A stretch of 23,323 nucleotides of DNA, from NCBI GenBank assembly GCA_002269645.1, contig NIVC01002185.1:1-23323 (forward strand), given 5' to 3'. Below the pieces are notes generated by a model, which did no database searches, was not told where the DNA came from, and saw nothing but the letters and a program-made list of their open reading frames with translations. This stretch comes from Macrostomum lignano. Lineage: Eukaryota. How positions within the stretch are numbered: the first letter of the stretch is position 1; each line of letters opens with the position of its first letter. Of the stretch, positions 8,859 through 19,808 are shown piece by piece. The translations under genes were made by a program, and so were the position numbers.

Positions 8859-9706
8859 CTGCAATTTTGAAAAAATTTTACAGTTTCCAACTGAAATTTG
8901 GTTAGAACACTTGGAATACACTGTGTAGACTGCGTGAGCCGCGCCAACAATGCCCGCCACCAGTGCGCTCAAAATTGAGAACTCCCAGCCGGAAACGGCT
9001 CCTTCTCTCCCTCTCTGACTGCTTCGTCGGCCTGATCCTTTTTAAAAAAGTCAGTCTCCACGCAGGTGGGGCCTCATCAGTGTTGGAATGGGATCCGTCA
9101 GGGCAGGATATCCTCTTCAGAGTCTGGCTGAATCCACTGGGTCTCTTCATTAGTTCTCCACCTGAGGTGCTCCGATTCAATTCCCTCAGAATTCTGGCCT
9201 GAGATGAGGCTGAGGCGGGCGGGCCAGCGTTCCCATTGTGAGCTGGGATTCTCCAATTTTCTTTAACAAAAGAACCAGCAGCCAGCCAGAGATCCCAGCG
9301 CGCGGTGCTAAACCGCTTTAACAGGATTCATCCATAGCCTCTGGCTTGAGTTCGGGTGTGTTGCGCAGATTCCGAGTCGAGAATGCGGAGAGCGAGAGGA
9401 TCGGAGTTGAAAAAAGAGGAGAAACAAGGAGGGGAGAGGAGGGGAGGAGGGACACGCGTCACTCAAAGTCTTCTATGCAGACTGGTGCAGTGGCGGAGTC
9501 CCTGTCCGGCCGATCAATAAGTATCGATATTGGGCTGATCTCTGCAAGCAAGTTTTTTTTACTTTTTTTACTCTGCAGGGCAGCGCTGGCTGTCTACGTA
9601 ATTTAATTGACTTGTGCCGGGCGGGAGACAGCCCCCCCCCCCCTGCAGGCGTGCCTCCATCGACAGGCACTTGTTGACTAGTGGCTGTCCGAAGGGGGTT
9701 GTGATT

Positions 9707-11008
9707 GCCACCTCAATGTCCTCATGATCCTCCAGTGTCTGTCACTGCTGCTGCCACCTCAATGTCCTCATGATCCTCCAGTGTCTGTCACTGCTGCTGC
9801 CGCCTCAATGTCCTCATGATCCTCCAGTGTCTGTCACTGCTGCTGCCACCTCAATGTCCTCATGATCCTCCAGTGTCTGTCACTGCTGCTGCCGCCTCAA
9901 TGTCCTCATGATCCTCCAGTGTCTGTCACTGCTGCTGCCGCCTCAATGTCCTCATGATCCTCCAGTGTCTGTCACTGCTGCTGCCACCTCAATGTCCTCA
10001 TGATCCTTCAGTGTCTGTCACTGCTGCTGCCACCTCAATGTCCTCATGATCCTTCAGTGTCTGTCACTGCTGCTGCCACCTCAATGTCCTCATGATCCTT
10101 CAGTGTCTGTCACTGCTGCTGCCACCTCAATGTCCTCATGATCCTTCAGTGTCTGTCACTGCTGCTGCCACCTCAATGTCCTCATGATCCTTCAGTGTCT
10201 GTCACTGCTGCTGCCGCCTCAATGTCCTCATGATCCTCCAGTGTCTGTCACTGCTGCTGCCACCTCAATGTCCTCATGATCCTCCAGTGTCTGTCACTGC
10301 TGCTGCCACCTCAATGTCCTCATGATCCTTCAGTGTCTGTCACTGCTGCTGCCACCTCAATGTCCTCATGATCCTTCAGTGTCTGTCACTGCTGCTGCCA
10401 CCTCAATGTCCTCATGATCCTTCAGTGTCTGTCACTGCTGCTGCCACCTCAATGTCCTCATGATCCTTCAGTGTCTGTCACTGCTGCTGCCACCTCAATG
10501 TCCTCATGATCCTCCAGTGTCTGTCACTGCTGCTGCCACCTCAATGTCCTCATGATCCTCCAGTGTCTGTCACTGCTGCTGCCACCTCAATGTCCTCATG
10601 ATCCTTCAGTGTCTGTCACTGCTGCTGCCACCTCAATGTCCTCATGATCCTTCAATGTCTGTCACTGCTGCTGCCACCTCAATGTCCTCATGATCCTTCA
10701 GTGTCTGTCACTGCTGCTGCCACCTCAATGTCCTCATGATCCTTCAGTGTCTGTCACTGCTGCTGCCACCTCAATGTCCTCATGATCCTTCAGTGTCTGT
10801 CACTGCTGCTGCCACCTCAATGTCCTCATGATCCTTCAGTGTCTGTCACTGCTGCTGCCGCCTCAATGTCCTCATGATCCTCCAGTGTCTGTCACTGCTG
10901 CTGCCGCCTCAATGTCCTCATGATCCTCCAGTGTCTGTCACTGCTGCTGCCACCTCAATGTCCTCATGATCCTTCAATGTCTGTCACTGCTGCTGCCGCC
11001 TCAATGTC
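9707..11008. repeat. 46-bp minisatellite (CCTCAATGTCCTCATGATCCTYCAGTGTCTGTCACTGCTGCTGCCR), ~28 near-identical copies, mid-intron
   Basis: Directly visible. Variation is almost confined to two positions (TCC/TTC and CCA/CCG). Confidence 0.98.
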
Positions 11009-12099
11009 TTCAGTGGTGCCGTGCCGCCATGGCCCCGGATGTTTCAATTCGCCTTTAATTTCGCCCTCTTTGCCCACAGTGCAATGTCAATCATCCAGAA
11101 GTGCATGCATCAGAAGTTCTACTAAAAAGCAGTCATGTATTTCGCATGCACTTGTACACCCCTATAGCCGTGTCTCTGCAAGAGAGGTAGGAGAGAGAAG
11201 TCGCTGGGCAGGGGCAAAGAATGGCTAAGTGAATTCACACACTTTGCGGGAGTCGCCTGGAACACCGGAAGTGAGCGCTGAGAAGCGGAGGGTACGGGGG
11301 AAGCAGATGTGTATGCGGATGGAGGCCCCAGTCTCCTCTCCTCTCACCGTGCCGTGCAACTTCTTCAACCATCGTTTTTCTCTCCTTCACGCAGCCAGCT
11401 GGTAGCCCCATTCTCGCACTCCACAGCGTATCACGTGAGTCACGCTGCATGCGGGAGGCGGACAGAATTTTGGCATACATAAATGACTAAAGTGTGCAGA
11501 GTGAGTCTGCGCCCTCGCGACGGGACCGCCAGCACGCCTGTTTAACAGCAGTCGCTGTCAGGGGCATCTCATTGTTGAGCATGAGCACCGCAGAGTATGG
11601 AGCGAGAGAGAGAGAGAGCGGATGGAGAAGATTTGGATTAGAGGGATTTGGGCTTAGACTGCGGACTGCTGCCCTTCCCCCTCCTCCTTGCCCTTCCCAG
11701 GTGAGGCGCAGCGCCAGCGATGGCGGAGGCTGAGGCTGGGCTTTTGTCAGCAACTGACAGGTCATGTTTTATGCAGCTGCCGGTGCCGCTTTGCTCTGCG
11801 CTGCTCCCACAGCTGAGCAGGTGGCTGAGCCCGGCAGACTCAGTGGCGGCTATTATACTGCCAGAGCTGCTGCTCAAGGTGAGGCCACCAAGCGGCATTC
11901 ATATTTCATGCGCAAACGCAAATGGACGGGGGGCGTCGGTGCCGCATCATCGGTCCCGCTCTCAGAGCAGCTTCAAACAGCTCCACAACACTCCTCCCTG
12001 ACTCAATTGTTCCTCTTTCTGATGGAGTTTATTTTTTGTGCGAGAGATTTCCAATAGATAGCAGAGTCCAGAGTCTTCGCTGTAAGAGACCGTCGATAT

Positions 12100-12335
12100 G
12101 GATTGAAGCCTAATAGTTAGAGTGTCGGGGGTTCGATTCCCGACCCACTCGGAACAATTTGTGTCCTTGAGCAAGACACTTAACTCTGCACTGCTTCAGT
12201 TCACCCAGCTGTAAAATGGGTTCCAGCATTAGCTGGAGTAATTGAGGCTGTGTGGCGACCCCCCAGTCTTTGGACTGAACAGCCGTACGCAGCTTTCAGA
12301 TGCGGGCAGGTGTGATCAATTATTTATCATTATTA
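12100..12335 (+). mobile_element. tRNA-derived CORE-like SINE, copy 2 (deletions in the head and the 3' hairpin region)
   Basis: GGGTTCGATTCCC B box, CORE-like GTGTCCTTGAGCAAGACACTTAACTCTGCACTGCTTCAGTTCACCCAGCTGTAAAATGGG, and a degenerate ATT tail. Confidence 0.85.
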
Positions 12336-12426
12336 GAGTCCAGGTATCGATGGCTAGCCTATGAAAGCTCGGCCCCAACTCGTATTAGATGTGTCAGCTG
12401 AGCTCAATTCGCCTGAAAGAAAGACA

Positions 12427-12450
12427 GAGTCAGAGTCAGAGTCAGAGTCA
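12427..12450. repeat. (GAGTCA)4 microsatellite
   Basis: Directly visible. Confidence 0.8.
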
Positions 12451-13264
12451 GAGAGAGGGGCATCTGAGAAGACAGATCTAGGCAACAACTTGTGCGATGT
12501 TTGCACAATGATGCTCCGTCTATATTGTATCTCAGAAAATTGCAGTCACGAACAGTACGCCTCCCAACCTCTCAGCATTTCCTGGCTCCGATAGAGAGCT
12601 CGGCTCGTGGTGGAAGAGCCTCGGTTTCTTGGTATTATCCGAGTACAACTGTGTTTATACACCAGTACATCCACTATACTCTTCTGGCGTGACAGTTGGT
12701 CAGCAGTCAGCACCCTGGCAGGTAGCTACGGTTGCCTGTAGAAAGTCAGGGCTGCTGTACACCCTGTGTGAGCGTGTGTGTGAGTGCGTGCGGACAGTAT
12801 TGACACGCTTGGATGCGCTCCCAATGCCGTTGGCTGTTGCGTTGGCGCTGCACCAACTTTGCTAACCCCTGAGCACCAGGAAACAAACAGGAGGGAGAAA
12901 AATTAGATTGAAAAGAGAAGAGCGGAGAGACAGAGACCGATGACGGACGTGCTTAGAAGTCTGGCCTGATCATCTCAGCTCAGCTCTGTCTGTAATAACT
13001 CAGGCCACCGCACAAGCACCTCATTGTGAGCCGCCACTTCTGCTCCCGTATGCATGCCCTCCCCCCTCTCTTTCCGCTTCCTACGCCATCATTTTTATCG
13101 ATTTCTTGTTTCCTTTTTGCCTCCAGGCGGCTGCTCCTCCCATCCCTCTGGTGTAGGTCGGTGCTGGGGGGGGGGGGTAAAAAAGCGGAGGGATGAGTTT
13201 TGGGTTGGACCACGACAGGGCCAAGCTGTATAGCAGCGATCCATTGTCATGCAATGCGTTCAAC

Positions 13265-13288
13265 TCTGCTGCTGCTGCTGCTGCTGCT
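13265..13288. repeat. (CTG)n microsatellite, ~7 units
   Basis: Directly visible. Confidence 0.8.
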
Positions 13289-13987
13289 TCTAGCGCTGCT
13301 GCAGAGAGGTGGAGAGATAGCCAGGGGGGGGGGAGAAAGACCCTATATGGTATGGAATGCAACATTCTTCTGATATTTAGAGAGTGACAGAGTGAGAGAG
13401 GTGCCTTGCGTTCCCTTCTCAGACAGGATACTAACAAGAGTTCTGCCCTCCTTTCACCCTCAACTCACCCCTTCACCTCCAACCATATACAGCTTTCATC
13501 ATTCTTTCTATAGCTTTATGGGGAAAATGGGCTTTGAATGGAAAAACAGTGTTGTGGAGGAGGGCGGGGACATTGAGACACGCGCTATTGTGGGCGCCTC
13601 TCATTCTGCATGGAAAGTCGGGGAACAAGAGTTCCATTAGGAGAGAGAGAGAGGCTGATGCTGAAGTGAAGATAAGGATGATGAGGCTTGATTATGTTTT
13701 TTTAACAAAATTTCTCTATTGCACCATTTTCGACGTTGCCCTGCATAGGTGCCACCTCTATGCCCAGGCAATATCACTCAGCGAAAGCAGAAAATTTGTT
13801 TTTGTCCATCGTCACCTCATCCAGCAGCTCTATGCAATCAAAAACCCCACTCTATAGCCAAAGATAGTTGAAACGCAACTAAGGGATGTTAATGAGATTA
13901 GAATGCGATGGCCTGAAAGCTATTAAAGCAATTTATGATCCCGGGATCCGTAGCCACGCCATTGCTGTAGCATCACTATAACAATGA

Positions 13988-14285
13988 GGGGCTGTAGCCT
14001 AGTGGATAGAGCGTCGGACTCAACGATTAAAAGGTTGGGGTTCGATTCCCGACCCACTCGGAACAGTTTGTGTCCTTGAGCAAGACACTTAACTCTGCAT
14101 TGCTTCAGTTCACCCAGCTGTAAAATGGGTGCCAGCTGGGGTAATTGAGGGTGTGTGGCGACCCCCCAGTCCTTGGACTGAACAGCCGTACGCAGCCTTC
14201 AGATGCGCCGCGCAATAGCTGCGGCTGAGCTGTCGGCTGCCCAATTGGGGCAGGTGTAATTAATTATTATTAATATTAATATTAT
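13988..14285 (+). mobile_element. tRNA-derived CORE-like SINE, copy 3 (near full length)
   Basis: A box TAGCCTAGTGGATAG, B box GGTTCGATTCC, CORE-like segment, 3' hairpins and an ATT/AAT-rich tail. Confidence 0.9.
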
Positions 14286-15400
14286 CGCTACAGCAGCTTA
14301 AAGCTGCAGAAGTCAAAAGGAAAATACTTCTTATTTCGATTGCGCTAAATGCATTCTGCATCTTTCTATTTGAGTTGTCCATGAAACAAGCATGCGTGAT
14401 CAGCATCGATCGCCAATAATCATTGTATAGAACTCTTCCGGACTTCAACTGGAGCGCTCTGCACTTTTTTGACTTCTTCTCCAGCTCCTGCTGCTGCAAA
14501 TTTGGCCAGTGCTTTTCTCAAGAAGAGATTCCTCCCAGAACTCGGCCGCCTCCTACCCCCAATTTACACTGCGCTGGGGGGGTATCTTCCTGGCCACCGC
14601 CAAGCCGCCCTCCCATCTCATCCTCCTATTTCATTTCTCGATCTCTTCAATCCCAGGCCCGCTCTCCCCTGCCTGCTTCTGCGGACTCTCTGATTGCCTG
14701 AATTCTGGCCATCGATTTGGCTCTCACTATATTATATCTATACATATGCATACCAGTGCGCCAAGTGCGTACTTATTACGTATTGGATTATATACATTTA
14801 TATATACATATCTATCTGGGCTAAGCGCTGGCGCTATATTAAGGTGCCGCTGGTGGGATAGCAGCAGCTCCGGCATAAATTAGGGGGGGGGGCACAACCG
14901 CGGCGCTCAGCGGCAACGGCAAAACTTCACTTACCAATCCTCATTCCTCATTGCCCCCGCTTAGCTACCCTTAGCTTATCTACCGAAGCTCATTAACATA
15001 TTTTTAATTTTATGCCGCGTCGCCCTTATCAAAGTAATTTCAACCATTATAGCAAACTTTGCCGCAGTCGGTCCTCGCGGGACCAACTCTTGAAAGTGTT
15101 AAATTAAAATGGCAGCATTTATGCTCTCTGCCCTGATTACATCCGGCTTTTTAAAAATCGCAAAATAGAATGTTGATGGAAAAATTTCAATTTAATTACC
15201 GAAATTGCTTTTTTCTGCTTTTTTAAAGCAAATTCAACGCGCAGCAGAGAGGCAAATAGGAAATTGTCGTTTAAAAGCTAAGTAAACAAATTGAAACCGA
15301 TTTTAAATGCTGTTATGAAGCTACTTATTAGATGGAATTTTACTCCTGAAGCGAATAGTCAACTACGCTTTAAAAGTTCAAGACAATCAAGAAGTCAAAC

Positions 15401-15572
15401 CTGGAGGCTGCGGTGGCTTCCTGACTGCCCAGTTGGTCCGGATGGTTCTCGAGCCCAGCAGCTGGCCGTTCATCTTTGCATCGCCTCCTCCGCTTCCTCC
15501 CTGTTGGCGTAGGCCACGAAACCGTAGCCTTTTGGCTTCTGGGTGTGCATATCCTTGATGATCTTGCACTCG
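15401..15572 (-). CDS. TIA1: TIA-1/TIAR-family gene, RRM2 second exon (contains an apparent 1-nt deletion near 15480)
   Basis: ECKIIKDMHTQKPKGYGFVAYANREEAEEA, then after a frame switch AKMNGQLLGSRTIRTNWAVRKPPQPP. KGYGFV (RNP1) and IRTNWA.RKPP are TIA-1/TIAR RRM2 hallmarks. Splice sites AAATCGCAG| and G|GTTTGA. Confidence 0.92.
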
Positions 15573-15596
15573 CTGCGATTTGGGCGCGGAAAGTGG

Positions 15597-15730
15597 GGGT
15601 TGTCAATCGATGCGTTGTCTATGGCCTATGTACAGTAGCTAAGTTTTACTGTATTGATGAGAGGGTTGTCGACTTAATCGATCGGTGTGTTGTCTATGGC
15701 CTATGCACATTAGCTAAATGTAACATGTAC
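15597..15730. repeat. Two-copy ~66-bp tandem duplication next to the RRM2-exon acceptor
   Basis: GGGTTGTC...ATCGAT...GTTGTCTATGGCCTATGYACAKTAGCTAA occurs twice. Confidence 0.85.
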
Positions 15731-16847
15731 AGTTACGTTAAATTTTCTAACCCCTTATAGCGCGAAGTACGTAAAAGAGCGTATGTACATTTATACTATA
15801 TATGTACACTAAATACTTTACAATGGTTTTCTTGGCTTTGCAATGTACATTTAAACTATCTTTCTCTCTAGCATAAGATTTTAAACCGCGTGAACCTCAG
15901 TCAGGCCCATCAATAACCGCCGATCGGGCCCGGGGAGTGCAATAATTACTAGCCGACATTAAAACCGGCCCGAGAACGCTAAAAAAGTTAAGCGAAGACC
16001 CGAGTGTGAAGGTGAAAAAGTTGAGCTATAGGTCGAGCAGATGATGATGGCTAAAGAAAACTGTGCCGACGCTGTGTGAGTAATGGCAATAAATCGCGCA
16101 GGAGGATGGCTTTGGCAATAAAAATGCCGAACCAACGGACCAAAACGGGTAAAAAAACGTTGTCGTTCGGATGCGGTAAGACTGCGCTGCTCTGCGGTGA
16201 GATGGAGCATTATTCAGTTCTCGATTTTCTCTGTGGGAAAGCGGGAGGTCCCTGGGAGAAATGCGATAAGGCGCGCGGAGGAGAGATGAACCACCGGCGC
16301 TGTCTTATCTTTCCTTGCACCGTTTTTATCCCCCCGTTTTGCCTCCTTCGCCCACTTAATTTTAATCGCAACCCCTCCCCCCCCTGTTCGGAGGAGTCTG
16401 TGAAGGCCAGTTGAGCCCGCTATGCTTTCCCAGCCTCACAAAACACACAGGCAGCGAACACACATTTCGCCAACTGGGATCTCATTATTTATACAGGTTG
16501 TTGGCCGCGAATTCCCACTGCGCTAGCCGCCACTGCCGTCCCAGTCCCGGTTACATGATCCCCTCAGCTGCTGGTGCTGCATCCTCGCCCCCTCCCAGCT
16601 GCTCATCTCCTATTTGGTTCCAAGACAATTATCGGAGTGTCGAAATTCTCTTTAATTACTCAATACCCCTGGGAAGCCGTGTTCTCCCGTTTGGTTGATT
16701 ATGCTGATCAATCGATTAATTGATTGGTTAATCTATGAACAGAACTGAAAGTTTAACCTGTCAAGCGGTTCCGAGTAAGTGCATCAATAAATGTTGTTCT
16801 TCATCATTCTTATACTCAGCAGCAGCTGAACTCCCCGCCCTTTGGCT

Positions 16848-18065
16848 CATGCTACTGTAAAACGGGCGCCAAAGCTACTGTAAAATGGACGTCAAAGCTA
16901 CTGTAAAAGGGGCGCCAAAGCTACTGTAAAAGGCGCCAAAGCTACTGTAAAAGGGACGTCAAAGCTACTGTAAAAGGGGCGCCCCAAAGCTACTGTAAAA
17001 GAGGCGCTAAAGCTACTGTAAAAGGGGCGCCAAAGCTACTGTAAAAGGGGCGCCCCAAAGCTACTGTAAAAGAGGCGCTAAAGCTACTGTAAAAGGGGCG
17101 CCAAATCTACTGTAAAAGGGGCGCCAAAGCTACTGTAGAAGAGGCGTCAAAGCTACTGAAAAGGGGCGTCAAAGCTACTGAAAAGGGGCGTCAAAGCTAC
17201 TGTAAAACGGGCCCCAAAGCTACTGTAAAAAGGGGCGCCCAAAAGCTACTGTAAAACGGGCCCCAAAGCTACTGTAAAAGGGGCGCGCCAAAGCTACTGC
17301 AGAAGAGGCGTCAAAGCTACCGTAAAAGGGGCGCCAAAGCTACTGTAAAACGGGCCCCAAAGCTACTGTAAAAGGGGCGCGCCAAAGCTACTGTAAAAGA
17401 GGCGCCAAAGCTACTGTAAAAGGCGCCAAAGCTACTGTAAAAGGGACGCCCCAAAGCTACTGTAAAAGAGGCGCTAAAGCTACTGTAAAAGGGGCGCCAA
17501 ATCTACTGTAAAAGGGGCGCCAAAGCTACTGTAAAAGGGGCCCCAAAGCTACTGTAGAAGAGGCGTCAAAGCTACTGAAAAGGGGCGTCAAAGCTACTGA
17601 AAAGGGGCGTCAAAGCTACTGAAAAGGGGCGCCAAAGCTACTGTAAAAGGGACGCCCCAAAGCTACTGTAAAAGAGGCGCTAAAGCTACTGTAAAAGGGG
17701 CGCCAAATCTACTGTAAAACGGGCCCCAAAGCTACTGTAAAAAGGGCGCGCGCCAAAGCTACTGAAAAAGGGGCGTCAAAGCTACTGTAAAAGGGGCGCC
17801 AAAGCTACTGCAGAAGAGGCGTCAAAGCTACCGTAAAAGGGGCGCGCCAAAGCTACTGTAAAACGGGCCCCAAAGCTACTGTAAAAGGGGCGCGCCAAAG
17901 CTACTGTAGAAGAGGCGTCAAAGCTACTGAAAAGGGGCGTCAAAGCTACTGAAAAGGGGCGCCCCAAAGCTACTGCAAAAGAGGCGCTAAAGCTACTGTA
18001 AAAGGGGCGCCAAAGCTACCAGAAAAGAGGTGCCAGCAACAGGGGCGCCAACAACAGGGGCGCCA
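16848..18065. repeat. ~21-25-bp minisatellite (AAAGCTACTGTAAAA plus a variable GC-rich 6-10 bp), ~50 copies, with recurring variant blocks
   Basis: Directly visible. Confidence 0.97.
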
Positions 18066-18750
18066 TACATTTTTAACTGCAATTAAGAGAAAGGGCCCGC
18101 GGAGTCCTGCCCACCCCTCCTTTGCTAAGCCCCATCATGACATCCAGATCCCCAACCGGTCGGTAAACTCTGGGACAGCTGGATCCACGTGACAGCGAGT
18201 TAGAGGGGGGGGGGATAAGCTGCTGCAGAACCTGAAAGTTTAGACAACGTGAGCATCGCTGCCGCCATCAGTCCTTGAATAATGATGCCAGAACGAGAAT
18301 TGGCATAATGAGCTAATAACTTGTCTGCCGAGTTTTCAAGCCAGAACTTCCACAGAAAGGCCGGCCAGTCAGAACTGGAGGGAGGGAAGGACCGAAGCAC
18401 TGTTTATTTTCAATCTAAAATCTCATTCCCACAGTCAGGAAGTCATCCCGGGACGCGGATAAAGATAGAGAGACAGACAGACAGAAAGCAGAGAAATTGC
18501 CTTCACCAACAGCTCTAAAAAATCTCGCCGAGAGTCCAAACTGCCAAAGAAAATGGAAGACTCTGCTTCTGCTCCGCTTAAAGTCTCGTTTGAGTAGGCA
18601 GGATTAGGCTTAGTACGAATTGAGCGTTTCAATTCAATGCCATTGCGTCAGTTTGTGTTAACGCAAAACGACGGTGACGGCCTCACAACCAACTTAGCCA
18701 TTGGCTTGTCACTCTTATTCAGTTGTCTGATTTTTCAGCCCCCCCCTTTT

Positions 18751-19808
18751 CCAGAATCCCGAATCCAGAATCCCGAATCCAGAATCCCGAATCCAGAATC
18801 CCGAATCCAGAATCCCGAATCCAGAATCCCGAATCCAGAATCCCGAATCCAGAATCCCGAATCCAGAATCCCGAATCCAGAATCCCGAATCCAGAATCCC
18901 GAATCCAGAATCCCGAATCCAGAATCCCGAATCCAGAATCCCGAATCCAGAATCCCGAATCCAGAATCCCGAATCCAGAATCCCGAATCCAGAATCCCGA
19001 ATCCAGAATCCCGAATCCAGAATCCCGAATCCAGAATCCCGAATCCAGAATCCCGAATCCAGAATCCCGAATCCAGAATCCCGAATCCAGAATCCCGAAT
19101 CCAGAATCCCGAATCCAGAATCCCGAATCCAGAATCCCGAATCCAGAATCCCGAATCCAGAATCCCGAATCCAGAATCCCGAATCCAGAATCCCGAATCC
19201 AGAATCCCGAATCCAGAATCCCGAATCCAGAATCCCGAATCCAGAATCCCGAATCCAGAATCCCGAATCCAGAATCCCGAATCCAGAATCCCGAATCCAG
19301 AATCCCGAATCCAGAATCCCGAATCCAGAATCCCGAATCCAGAATCCCGAATCCAGAATCCCGAATCCAGAATCCCGAATCCAGAATCCCGAATCCAGAA
19401 TCCCGAATCCAGAATCCCGAATCCAGAATCCCGAATCCAGAATCCCGAATCCAGAATCCCGAATCCAGAATCCCGAATCCAGAATCCCGAATCCAGAATC
19501 CCGAATCCAGAATCCCGAATCCAGAATCCCGAATCCAGAATCCCGAATCCAGAATCCCGAATCCAGAATCCCGAATCCAGAATCCCGAATCCAGAATCCC
19601 GAATCCAGAATCCCGAATCCAGAATCCCGAATCCAGAATCCCGAATCCAGAATCCCGAATCCAGAATCCCGAATCCCGAATTCAGAATCCCGAGTCCCGA
19701 ATCCGAAATCCCGAATTCAGAATCCCGAATCCCGAATCTAGAATCCCAAATTCAGAATCCGGAGTCTAGCATCCAGCATCCAGCATCTCATATTAATAAT
19801 CTTGAATC
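18751..19808. repeat. Heptamer-based satellite: ~66 perfect copies of GAATCCCGAATCCA (18751-~19676), then degenerate heptamers up to the donor at 19814
   Basis: Directly visible. Confidence 0.98.

Noticed and set aside
9020-9085. Hammerhead ribozyme (CTGATGA on the minus strand at ~9073-9079)
   Set aside because: No correctly placed GAAA after stem II and no stem I/III with an NUH site.
9707-11008. 46-bp array as a CRISPR array or coding repeat
   Set aside because: There are no unique spacers, and the unit length is not a multiple of 3. I also found no convincing splice site at either end.
8902-14883. Nested genes from the many 60-120-aa ORFs in the large intron
   Set aside because: No recognisable domains, low-complexity composition, and no consistent splice-phase chain.
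15468-15490. Programmed ribosomal frameshift in TIA RRM2
   Set aside because: No X_XXY_YYZ slippery heptamer and no precedent I know of in this family. An indel is the simpler explanation.
16700-16812. Intronic C/D-box snoRNA (ATGATGA on the minus strand at ~16801-16807)
   Set aside because: No downstream CTGA D box at a suitable distance and no terminal stem.
16848-18065. CRISPR-like repeat-spacer appearance
   Set aside because: The variable parts are only 6-10 bp and recur, the context is eukaryotic, and there are no cas genes.
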